64,000 bases of DNA from Octopus sinensis (Eukaryota). The notes under the pieces were generated by a model that was not told the origin of the DNA, did no database searches, and saw only the letters and a list, made by a program, of their open reading frames with translations. The translations under genes and the position numbers were made by a program. Positions 52,573 through 64,000 of the stretch are shown in pieces. The DNA is taken from the NCBI RefSeq assembly GCF_006345805.1, contig NC_043010.1, forward strand, positions 682,001-746,000. Direction: 5' to 3'. Position 1 is the stretch's first letter, and each line of letters opens with the position of its first letter.

Positions 52573-53456
52573 GAAAGTAGAATAACAAACCAAACAGTAA
52601 CGGAGGAGAACGAGGAGGAGAAGGAGTGGAGGGGAGGAAGAGAACGAGGAGGGGGAAAATGAGGAGGAGAAGGAGTGGAGTGGAGGGGAGGAAGAGAACG
52701 AGAGCTTCTAACAAAGGAAAGACGAAAGTTGAATGTCTTTTTATGTATGTGAGTGTGTCTGTGTGTCCGTATCTATGTACGTGGATGTCATGTGTGTTCG
52801 TATGTATCTGGACGGTACCTGTAATACAAAGGTCCAGTCTTGTCTCACAGAGGGTTACGTTGATTGCACTGCAGAGTTACGTTGAGGGCTCATGGTTCGG
52901 TAGAATAGTCATCGTGGAAACCGATGGAGGATCTCTAATATCTCTTTTAATCACAATGTCTTCTCTTGTTTATTGTATCCGCAATGTAGATTTCAAACCT
53001 CTAAACACTGCAACAAGCAATCCATGGAAACTTCTGTTTCTATGGCAACGTACCTGTCACACAATCGCCCACATGAAAACAAACAAAATACACACATTCA
53101 CTCTCAATCGCGCGCGCGCGCACACACATACGCACACACACACACACACACACACGCAACTCGTTTGTATTTTTTGTATGAATGAGTGGGTGTATGTGAA
53201 TTAAGGGTATTTGTGTGTGTGCTTGTGCGCCCTTCTACGCGTGTGTACCTTGTATGTGCGTACGTGTGTGTGTGTGCTTGTATGTAAGTGTGTGTGTGTA
53301 TGTGTGTGTGCACGCGTGCGTGTGTATTGATTTAGATGTCATGCATATTAGGCAGGCTTTCTTTCGACGCAATTCTCGGTCTACGTGTCTCCCTCTCTTT
53401 CCACTTCTCTATCTCTCGCCCAGTCCCTATATCCACATTTATATGTACATACATAC

Positions 53457-53492
<36 letters not shown>

Positions 53493-53649
53493 ACACACAC
53501 ACATACACACACACACACATGGTCGTCTGTGAATCCGAAAGATAAGCCAGAAAGATAGGCTCTCGTATATCTATCTGTCAACAGGATGGTCAAAATGGAT
53601 CTATATGTGTGTGTGCGCGCGCGTGTGTGCGAGTGTGTGTGCGTGTATA

Positions 53650-53709
<60 letters not shown>

Positions 53710-53840
53710 ATATATAGGTATATATATACATATAGACATATGTAAATATACATATAGACATATATATATGTATATACATATAGGCATATGTAAATATATG
53801 TATATATATATATACACATATATTATATATATATGCATAG

Positions 53841-53923
<83 letters not shown>

Positions 53924-53924
53924 A

Positions 53925-54140
53925 GCTAATCCAAACAAGAAAGCACAAAAGAACACAACAACGCGAGGACGTGGAACAATATAGTATTATTGGACGCTCA
54001 GGAAGAAGGAAGAAGGAAGTAGGAGGGTTTAGCGTTTCGAGCGGAGCTCTTCATCGGAAACATAGGAGAAGGAAAGATCCCGAGAAGGGAAGACAGAGGG
54101 AAAAATATCGCCAACGGTACACACGAGGTCACATACATAC
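53925..54140 (-). mobile_element. (TA)n-flanked pseudo-LTR cassette, second copy, with mutated hammerhead at 54027-54061
   Basis: Minus strand GTTT / CCGATGA / A GAGC-TCC-GCTC / GAA / ACGC / T / AAAC. Confidence 0.6.
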
Positions 54141-54799
54141 ATTTATTATATATATACATATATATATATATTATATATATTATAATATGCACATACGCAC
54201 GCAGACACACGTATATATGTATGTGTGTGTGTGAGAGTGTGTGTGTGAGTGTGTGTGTGTGTGTGTACATATACGTATACATACATACACACACACATGT
54301 TTACATATATATATTTCGTGTTACGCTAAGACTATATGATACTAAGCAAATCTGAAACGTACGTATTAAGTGATTAAAAAATTAGTTTTTAGTTGGACTG
54401 CATTATTACAAATATAAGTGTGTGTGTGTAAGTGATGTATTTGAATTTAAACATCAATGCAGACGCGCACTGAATAAGCAATCAATACATACATACATAC
54501 GTACATACACACACACACACACACACACATACATACATACGATTGCACCACCACCACCACCACCACCACCACCACAAAAAAGCAACAAAAAAACGGAATC
54601 AAGTCGTAAGCCTTCATAAGACAACGTGGTAGCTGCCACATGATCACTCGACTTGCTAAAAATAGCAAAACACCTTAGCGGCTAAACAAAAGGAAAGGTA
54701 CTGCATATCACAATCGTTTTAGATATATCACAAGACAGAAAGGCCAGAGGTGGGCAGGCTTTTATCGTAGATCTGGTCAATAAGAATTAAACAATGATT

Positions 54800-55033
54800 A
54801 GCTGGTAAGAGCAGAATAAAGAGTCATAATGTAGTGAAAAGCATATATACAAACATAGGATTATACCTGTAATTCTTGGGGCCTTGGGATATGTAACACA
54901 CTGCCTAAATGCCAATCTTGAGAAATTAGGGTTTTCAAAACCAGAAAGGAGAAAGCTAATTCGAAGACTACAGATCCAATCCATCATAGGAACTGTAAAA
55001 ATCTGTAAAACTTTCCAGAGGTTTATGATTTAA
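54800..55033 (+). mobile_element. R4-like non-LTR retrotransposon 3' end
   Basis: IIPVILGALGYVTHCLNANLEKLGF...LQIQSIIGTVKICKTF then stop; (TACA)n follows. Confidence 0.8.
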
Positions 55034-55179
55034 ATATATATGAGCATATCTAGATATGCAACTATATGCATGAGAATACATACATAAAACATTCAAATCT
55101 GCACATACAAAACTGCATATGTATACATTTATACATACATACATACATACATACATACATACATACATACATACATACA

Positions 55180-55213
<34 letters not shown>

Positions 55214-55554
55214 CACACAAATATACCATGCTGTTGATGTTGAAATTCCAAGGAGCCTTGGATCTAGGTTAGAAACCAGTTCTTTCTCTGTTGGCTAGAA
55301 ATCTTGAAATAAACTGAATAATGACATGCATACATACATACATATCTATATCTACACACATACACACACATACACGCACACACACACATACACACATTAT
55401 AGGTATGTTGGTATAAACAGGAAAAATAGAACTGAAAGTATGAGTATTACTTGACATAAACTTAATTCTATTGGAATTGACTTCAGATACAATAACCTTG
55501 TTATTAATATTTCTAGAGGGTTGGATGGTGTTAGCTAAATTAATGTTAGTATTA

Positions 55555-55949
55555 GTAAATGTATTAGTAACTCTAAGATTAAAAATTCTATATACCAGTG
55601 TATAATCAGCACTCGTAATAAAGTACGATTTTACTTTGGAAGCACATCGTTAGAGTTATCTAAAAGAATTTCTATCCATTACTCAACATTTAGGGATAGA
55701 AATAAACGTAATAGTACTGGTCTCAGCAAACTGATTTGGGATTTAAAAGACCACAATGAACAATTTCATTTAGAATGGTTGATTCTCTCAATTTCGATAC
55801 CATATGACAAAGGCAAGGAATTCTGTCTTCTCTGCAACTCTGAGCTATTTTTCATTATTTTTTCTAAAAATACTCTAGTAAACACGGTTATAGGGCGAGC
55901 ATACAGATGTAAGCATTGGTAAAAACATACATTTAGTGCATATAAGTAG
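55555..55949 (+). mobile_element. Penelope-like element remnant: GIY-YIG endonuclease C-terminus (one frameshift)
   Basis: KCISNSKIKNSIYQCIISTRNKVRFYFGST / RNSTGLSKLIWDLKD...WLILS..PYDKGKEFCLLCNSE..NTLVN...RCKH. Confidence 0.75.
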
Positions 55950-56150
55950 TCTCTATCATTATATATAATTTAAACTTTAATTTCCTTTATATTTAACATT
56001 CACTATTGGTATCCCTACTCTTTCTGTTAGCTACTTATGACGTTATATCATATAAGGTTTTTTTAAACAATATTAATATCGTTCTGTCAATCGCTATACA
56101 AATCCATCATTTTTTGCTAAAATGTCTTATTGACGAGTTTCGCTTTTTTC

Positions 56151-56236
56151 ACTTTCATGAGGAGAAGATTGCATTGTTTATACCATTTATTCTTTTGAAT
56201 AGTATCAGTGGAATTTTCGAAACATGTGTCGAAAGT
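56151..56236 (+). ncRNA. Type I hammerhead motif in the presumed pseudo-LTR of the Penelope remnant
   Basis: ACTTTC / ATGAGGA (C3 to A) / GAAGATTGCATTG...CAGTGGAATTTTC (12 of 13 bp) / GAA / ACATGTGT / C / GAAAGT. Confidence 0.7.
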
Positions 56237-57029
56237 AAAAATATTTGATTACACCTGCGTTAAACTCCATTTATTTATTCATATATATATATATATTTCT
56301 GTGAGTGTATCTGGTGTGTGTGTGTGTATGAATACGCGTATACACACATCCACATTTTCATATAAGCATCATCCTCACTGTTGCAAATATGTTAATGTAA
56401 TGATGAAATAGAAGTATAATACGCATGCGCACAAGCATTCGCTCATTCACATATTCAGATACACTTAAGCAATCAAATACATCCAGACATATATACACAG
56501 GTAAACAACAACAACAACAACAATAGCGCGCGCGCACACACACACACATACATACACACACGCGCGCGTTCACATATGATGAACATATACTTACCACCAT
56601 ACATACATACATGCATACATACAAGCGTAATGATGCACATAGACCATATATCTACATATATATAGAAACATATATAAACATACTATATGCGCGTGTGTGT
56701 GTGTGTGGTGTGTGTGTGTGTGTGTGTAGATACAGAAACTACAAAAAACATATAACATACATACACTTGTAAAAGACATACGCACAACCGACTCGTGAAA
56801 TTCCTCACGCAAGGACATACGTATGTGTGTGTGTGTGTGTGTATGTATATATATATGTGTGTATGTATGTATATATATATATATATTTACACACACATAC
56901 ACACATGTATACACATACATATACAGGCACAACACAATGCAAAAAAGAATGGAATTGAATAATATAACGATCGTAACATTAGTGAAATCCACAAGCACAC
57001 ACATATATGACATATATATATATATAGAC

Positions 57030-57066
<37 letters not shown>

Positions 57067-57081
57067 ATAATATATATATAT

Positions 57082-57120
<39 letters not shown>

Positions 57121-57418
57121 TCTTGCACAACAAATATTTAAACGTATATATATATCTTTATATATATATATAATATTATATATATATATATATATATCTT
57201 TATATATATATATATGTATATATATTAATATATACAGGAGGAATTACAACCGTGTTTCGTGGTCTGCTACCACAACAGCTCCTTTATAGGATCCAGTTAG
57301 CTCAAGACATCATCAGTAGGAACCACATCTGGTTTCGGCGCGCTAGTGCCGGAAAACAACCCTGCAGATAATAAATTACCGCAGTTAATTCACCGGTTTG
57401 AGAACATTGCTATTTTAA

Positions 57419-57492
<74 letters not shown>

Positions 57493-58102
57493 ATTAATAT
57501 ACATATACATACACACATATATTTGTATATATCTATGTACACACACACACATAAATTATACAGAAAATGAACAAGAAATCTTGCAAGGCAATCAGAACCG
57601 GAAACTACGTCGCAGAATCAAAGACTTCTGTGGTGCCACCGTTTTCTTAAGGCTGTCGGTAATGTTTGTCTGTATGTCACCAACAAATACTCACTCGCCC
57701 TTTTCTTTCTCTCTCCCCCCTCCCCCTCTCTCTCCCCTCCTCTCTCTCTCTCTCTCACTCTCTCTCTCTCCCCTACTCCCTCTCTCTCTAAGTTCTTCCT
57801 CCATAACCTCTTGACTTTGTCTTCTGCTTTCAAAACCGTTTCTTTTGACTTCTGCAATTTTCCTTGTCTATTCTTGTGTTTGCAGTTGTTGTTGCTGTCG
57901 TTGTTGTTGTGATTCTGTAAAGATTTCGTTGTTCTGTTTTTGTTGTCGTTGTTTATTGAAGTTGTCGGCCTTTCTTTAGATGTTTGTTTTTGGTTTTGTT
58001 ATTTGTTTTTGTTTTTATTTCTATTTCTTTCTGTTTTTTGATTTGACGTTTTATGCCTTTGAAATCTGTCTTCATTTTGACATCGTATCATCTACTGCAC
58101 AC

Positions 58103-58136
<34 letters not shown>

Positions 58137-58592
58137 CACAACCACTACTGTCTCCATCGCCACGGCCACCATCACTAGCAGCACTACTATCACCACCACC
58201 ACAGCTACCGCCACCACTACTACTACTGCCGCTGCTGCTGCTACTACAACTACAACTACTGCACGACCTAAACCGGGAAGTGTCATCAGCATCAACAACA
58301 ACAACAGCAGCAATGACTATGAACTACATAACAACGTCCTCTGTATTCTTGTTCGACCTGCTAAGGATAACAGCCAATTGTGCCACAAGGTACATAGCAT
58401 CATCAAAATGTCTAACTATGATTGCATTATCCAGTGTAGTCTTTCTTACACAACGTTCAATCTTAAACAGGATGGTCATGTCTGGAACACCCATCACTTT
58501 TTATTTTCTCGCTCAGAGCTGACCTGAAGTGAAACAGCAGCACGCGTAAACATATAAACGGGTACATGCATTTGTGCGTGCGCTTGATCAAT

Positions 58593-58995
58593 AAGTATTC
58601 GGACTGTTGCCATAATACCGAAGCTAAAGCATACAGTAAAGCCACAGAGTAAAGCAGAGTAAAACAGATTGACCTTGTACTCTGCTGTGTATGCGCACTA
58701 AGTTTTAACGTTCTAGCTCACTTCCGCTGTTTATAGCAGTGCTTGGAAGGAAGGTGTGTGTCGTGTGATTGTCGCTTTGACCATAACAGAGTAAGCTGAG
58801 CAGAGAATCTGCATCAAATTTTGCCAAAAGCTTGGCGATACCTGCTCAGAGGCCTATGCAGAGTTTTCAAAATGTTTTCCTCTTTTTCGACACAATCAAG
58901 GAAATCTTCTGTAACGGAAACCCGAGTGTCTTTTTGGTCAGCTGAAAGCAGTTTTGCACAAACTTGGCAGACACACCCAAATCTTCGATGTTAAG
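58593..58995. mobile_element. Rearranged mariner relic
   Basis: Plus strand EQRICIKFCQKLGDTCSEAYAE joined to minus strand EDLGVSAKFV/LLSADQKDTRVSVTEDFLDCVEKEENILK. Confidence 0.75.
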
Positions 58996-60046
58996 TAGTT
59001 TAAAAGAGTTTCACCGCTCTATTCAAATCTTTATCTAGGTTATTTTTCTTCCAGATTTTATATGTATGTGTTGTATTTTCGCTCTTTAGGTAGAGCACTG
59101 CTGTAAAATAAGCGTAGAGGAGGAAATTTATTCCTCACGTGCCCATTTATGTTTTTTTGATTTTATTTGCGGGACATGAGGAATAACATCCAGCCCTTTA
59201 TTTTGACGGTCATGATTTTCGTAGAGTCCCGGCCCATTCATTTCTGGTGTTAAATGGTGTTGCACGTGTAATTTTTCGTACTTTTTGTGTAACAAGTTTG
59301 AAGTACGTACTTCCCCATTGTTATTCTTGGGTTGAATAATACAAGTATTATTTAATTTATTTATAATGCTTTTGTGCATGTTGTTTGGGGACGGAGATGG
59401 TCTGGTGTTGATTGGATCGTAATGTGGCCAGCGTGTTTACACGTGTTGCGCGAGCAATGCAGATGATATACAGTTAAAATACGTCATTTCATGTGGAAAT
59501 GAGTATTACTTACTCGGATATAGTCCAACACGTTGTCAATTAGTTTTGGCTCCTTGTTATGGCTTTATTCCCAATGTTTTTGAATAAATTTCGGAGCTGT
59601 GTTTTATCACTCTCAAATGTTAAATGTCCTCGGTCTTCTTCTCCTTCTTCTTCTTCTTCTTCTTCTTCTTCTTCTTCTTCTTCTTCTTCTTCAGCGAGAA
59701 AGCGGCGCACACCATCAAAATGACGCTGGGGTACAAATATACGAAGCCCAATAGACCCATCATGACTACTTGTCAGATAAGGGTACACCAGGCACATACA
59801 TCACAACCATATATGCGTGACATAGTGATATATCAAGATTAACAGCACATGTCATTGCAGGCGGAGCCCAGTTAGAATTTTCTCCCTCTCAAAAGGTCAC
59901 TGAAAAAGAGTTGTTTAAGGATGACGCTTCCAGGTGTGAATTATTCAAACCCCCAAAGAGTTCCTCTTCACATATGGCTGTGATGCTCTCCTACAACTCC
60001 TGTTCGTGATCAGAAATTCACATATCCTCAACCACTAAAGGATATT

Positions 60047-60335
60047 TTGTTTGTTCCTTCTCGAGCCACGCCTGGCTCATAAGGGCCGGTTTCCCGGTCT
60101 CCTTGGCGTATAAGTCCCATCTGGATGGGACGCCGATCCGTCGCAGGTGATGGAAGAGTTAGAGAAAGTTGTGGCGAAAGAGTCAGCAGAGGTTCGCCAT
60201 TACCTTCTGCCGAAGCCGCGTGGAGCTTAGGTGTTTCGCTCATAAACACACACATCGCCCGGTCTGAGATTCGAACCCGCAATCCCTCGACCACGAGTCC
60301 GCTGCTCTAACCACTAGGCCATGTGCCTCCACTAT
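60047..60335 (-). mobile_element. Full-length SINE family B with 11-bp TSD
   Basis: taaaggatatt at 60036-60046 and 60336-60346. Confidence 0.9.
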
Positions 60336-60735
60336 TAAAGGATATTCCTAATTTATGAACTTTATAAATGAAATGAATTGAATAGAAGAGACCAAAAAGA
60401 AAAAAAATCTAGTTTTATTAGAATATATGAATGTCATTTAATTAAAAAATAAAAGTCATTCAAAAACTGATGTAATGCAGTAAGCAATACCTCCCGTTAA
60501 CAATATAATGTCACTTAGTTATAAATACTGTTGTTATGCAAATATTCACCTGGATATAGTTACCGTTGCTATATAAACATTACCCGAAGAGGGTTGAAGA
60601 CCATTAAAGGACTTGTGAAAACTCTTGTACAAAATAAAAATATATAGTGCGAAAATCCGACTATGTTGGAATACAATTGTCTAATAACTATTATTTGTGC
60701 ACATTTATATTAACTGAACTACACACACACACACA

Positions 60736-60766
<31 letters not shown>

Positions 60767-60880
60767 CACGTATATATGCACACTCACACACCCAAGCACA
60801 CACATTTTATATTATAATGCATGAATGTTGTCAAACTTTCGTCAAATCTTAATCTATTATATGCATGTATGTATGTATGT

Positions 60881-60911
<31 letters not shown>

Positions 60912-61569
60912 CATGTATGCATGTATGCATGTATACATGCATGTATGTATGTATGAATGTATGCATGCATGCATGTATGTATGTATTATGTATACATGTG
61001 TGCATGTAGAGAGAGCGGCAACAACGACGACGATGGGGATGATGATGATGGGTCGTCATCATCATGACGACGACAACGATGATAATGACAACGATGTTGA
61101 TGACAATGATGTTGATGACGACTATGATGATGATGAAGATCATGATGATGACGATGCTAATGATGACACCAATGATATTCACGATGACGATGATACTGAC
61201 GACGATGATGATGACGCCGACGATAGTTTGAGTGCATTTTCGGTGGGTGTGAAAATTAGAGGTTATAATTAAAAGTAATTACTATCATAGAATAGAAACA
61301 GACCCAATAGTGGTTTGTAATAATGCTAATTAATTCGGTAAACCGTAAAGCAGTGAAATGTACCGTTGTTGCTGTTATTGTTGTTACTGCTGTTTTTGTT
61401 GTTGATGATATCGTTGCTTCAAATCAATCCAACAGTGACCATCCTATCTGAAACTCAGACTGCATTATCCAATATGGTCTTTTTTTTATTGGATGTCTTT
61501 CGTGTTTTATCCTTTTCTTGTTTCAGTCATGCTGGAGCAACTTTACAACATCGTCACATTACAAGCTTT

Positions 61570-63331
61570 TCTTGACCCAGAGAACCATTATCAAGATTAC
61601 ATACCAAACATGTATGAAATGAGAGCCGCACTTAATAATTTGCCAAAGAAAGACGCCAAATGGAATTGGTCAAACAACTGTGAAAAGGTGTTTCGGGGTA
61701 TTAAAAAAGATATTAATTTCGGATTTGTCGTTGGTTCATTCTGATCCTGCAGTGGAGATTGTTGTAACTTCTGACGCTTCTGAATACGGCGTAGGAGCAG
61801 TTTTGCTATACGAATATAAAGACGGTGATATGAAGGCGGTGGTTTATGCCACACGTGCTCTGATTGCAGTTGAAAAAACTACAGTTACATAGAGAAAGAA
61901 GCTCTAGCGTTTATTTTTCCGTGAAGAAATTTCTCAGATTTCTCCGCAGAAGACGTTTTCAGCTTCAGATGGACCACCAACTGTTACTATCAATTTTCAG
62001 ATCGAAGAAAGGAATCCCTACCCATGCAACTAACAGATTTCAACGTTGGGGTACAATATTGTTAAATTACAACTTTAAGATGGAGGACATTCCTTCTAAG
62101 AAAATTGGCCATGCGGATTGCTTATGCAGGCTAATACCGAAGAATGCGGAACTGCTGGAAGATACGGTGATAGCCAAATTACAATCAGAAAAGGAAATTA
62201 AAAACGTTATGTGTAATGTCATTCTGGAGTTGCCAGTGACTGTGCAAGATATAAAAAGTAAATGAACGGAGTAAAATACATCATAAACATAAAGGAAGCC
62301 TTGAAAAATAAACAAAAGAGAAAGACGAATGCGAACGGTGTTTTCCTCTACGATGGTGTAGTAATGGACGCACAAAGAGTGTTAGTACCAATTGCATTAC
62401 AGAAACAGAAAATTTGGTAAAATCATATAGACGTTGTGCGCTTGCAGCCAAGGCACCACCGGTGAAATACCAATCGTGGCCTGAGACGGATAGTCCGTGG
62501 TCCAGGGTACATATAGACTACGCTGGACCAATAAAAGACGCATATACCTGGACATTGTTGATAGCTTTACAAGTGGGCCTGAAGTATGTAGGTGCAGTCA
62601 ACCCACCTCGAAGGCAACAATAAAGTTCCTGCACGGACTTTTTGTTCGATATGGTGTTCCGGACACCATAGTATCGGACAATAGAAAATAATTTACAGGA
62701 TACGAGTTCAAGAAATCCTGCAAAATGCATGCAATCAAGCACATAAAAAAAGGCAAGGAACAAGTTAGGAAATGACGAAGCGCTAACTAAATTCACATGG
62801 GTGTACAGAATAACACCCTGTCCGAATACCAGTTCAGGCAAGTCATCTGCAGAGCTAATGTTAGCTCGAAAGTTTAAATCGATCTTCGACAAATTGTTGC
62901 CAAAGGAAAAAGCGTATAGAGAAAATACAAAAAAATTCAACTAAATATTTTGATGTCGGAGACAAAGTCCATTTCAAAGTGTACAAGAACGATAAAGAGA
63001 GTTGACAGCATGGTGTAGTGATTAAAAGAATTGGAAACATGATGTATTCAATAAAAGGCCAACGATGGGAGCATAAGCGACCCCTAAACCAATTTAAAAA
63101 CAAGACATATAGAAGAAAGGAAGGAAATTCCAATGGAAGTGCTTTACGACGTTTTCGTTGTGCCAGCATCAAAAGATATATTGAGCAGTAACGGAAAACG
63201 AAAGCAAACTGTACATTTAGAAAAAATTCTCAAGCGAAATTTCAAAAAGGGAGAGGTGTTGGAAATAAGAAAGAAAAAAATAATGAAATAAATTTCGTTT
63301 CCTACAAAAGTCGACATCTCAAAAGGGGAGA
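61570..63331 (+). mobile_element. Ty3/Gypsy pol remnant (RT connection, RNase H, integrase), many frameshifts
   Basis: VTSDASEYGVGAVL, YSYIEKEALA, DHQLL, RFQRWGTILLNY, WSRVHIDYAGP, YGVPDTIVSDN. Confidence 0.92.
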
Positions 63332-63604
63332 TGTTGTGGCGAAAGTAACGACACCCACTGCAAGAATAGACTTGACCGAACGACAATAAATAGTAGCGGT
63401 CTGAGTGAGACACAGTGTAGGTGTTAATCGCAGGAAGTCGTAAGGTGACATTTTGGTAGTTTGTCGGAGAATCGTTTGTTGGTTCGTGTACGGTTCGTGC
63501 AGAGTTTGTTGGATTGTTATGTTGTTGTTACCCTGCTTTGTTAGATATTTTATTGTTTCTACGCGGTTATAGTGTGAAAAAGTATCGTCATAACAATTGG
63601 TGAT

Positions 63605-63610
<6 letters not shown>
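63332..63610 (+). mobile_element. 3' LTR of the Gypsy element (279 bp)
   Basis: Polypurine tract aaaaggggaga (63321-63331), TGTTG...CAACA termini, then (TA)n. Confidence 0.85.
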
Positions 63611-63670
<60 letters not shown>

Positions 63671-63719
63671 ATCAATCTATCTATCTATAAAAGTATGTAT
63701 ATATTATATATATGTATTT

Positions 63720-63940
63720 TTTATTCTTTTAATTGTTTCAGTCATTTGACTGCAGCCATACTGGAGCACCGCATTTAGTCGAATGAATCGACCCAGGACT
63801 TATTCTTTGTAAACCTAGTATTTATTCTATCGGTCTCTTTTGCCGAACTGCTAAGATACGGGGACGTAAATACATCAACATTGTCTGCCAAGGGATGACG
63901 GGGGAACAAATACAGGCACGCGTGCACGCACACACATGCA
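63720..63940 (-). mobile_element. SINE family A, 3' half
   Basis: ttgtttcagtcatttgactgcagccatactggagcaccgc. Confidence 0.85.
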
Positions 63941-64000
63941 CACACACATAATGTGGATATCTGATGCACGCCGTCGTTCGATGTTCAGGATTCAGTACTC

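Noticed and set aside
54350-54375. GAAACGTACGTA palindrome
   Set aside because: No recognisable core or helix I partner upstream.
57618-58100. K/N/E-rich minus-strand ORF (MQKSKETVLKAEDKVKRLWRKN...)
   Set aside because: Low-complexity, runs into a GA microsatellite, and has an upstream in-frame stop with no ATG.
59100-59800. Possible second Penelope remnant on the minus strand
   Set aside because: Only vague similarity in broken frames, and no complete hammerhead nearby.

Overview
Animal genomic DNA, AT-rich and saturated with microsatellites. The SINE families and repeat texture look like an octopus genome (inference). No host protein-coding gene can be confidently called. Almost all listed ORFs are microsatellite translations or transposon debris. 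Recognisable elements: several tRNA-derived SINE families, two 5S rRNA pseudogenes, LINE fragments (RTE/RTE-X, CR1/Jockey-like, R4-like), a Penelope-like GIY-YIG remnant, four mariner relics, a Tigger/pogo 3' end, a probable hAT 5' end, two TTAA-flanked piggyBac-type MITEs, a 5'-truncated Gypsy element with its 3' LTR, and a 100-N gap flanked by a ~1 kb duplication. The main unexpected signal is about a dozen type I hammerhead-ribozyme motifs on both strands. Their helix sequences are mostly unrelated, yet nearly all keep a self-complementary helix III, the signature of dimeric cleavage. Two carry the compensatory U3-A8 core variant, one sits just downstream of the Penelope endonuclease remnant, and two form a 605-nt head-to-tail repeat resembling a retrozyme. 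All folds were done by eye and none is experimentally tested.
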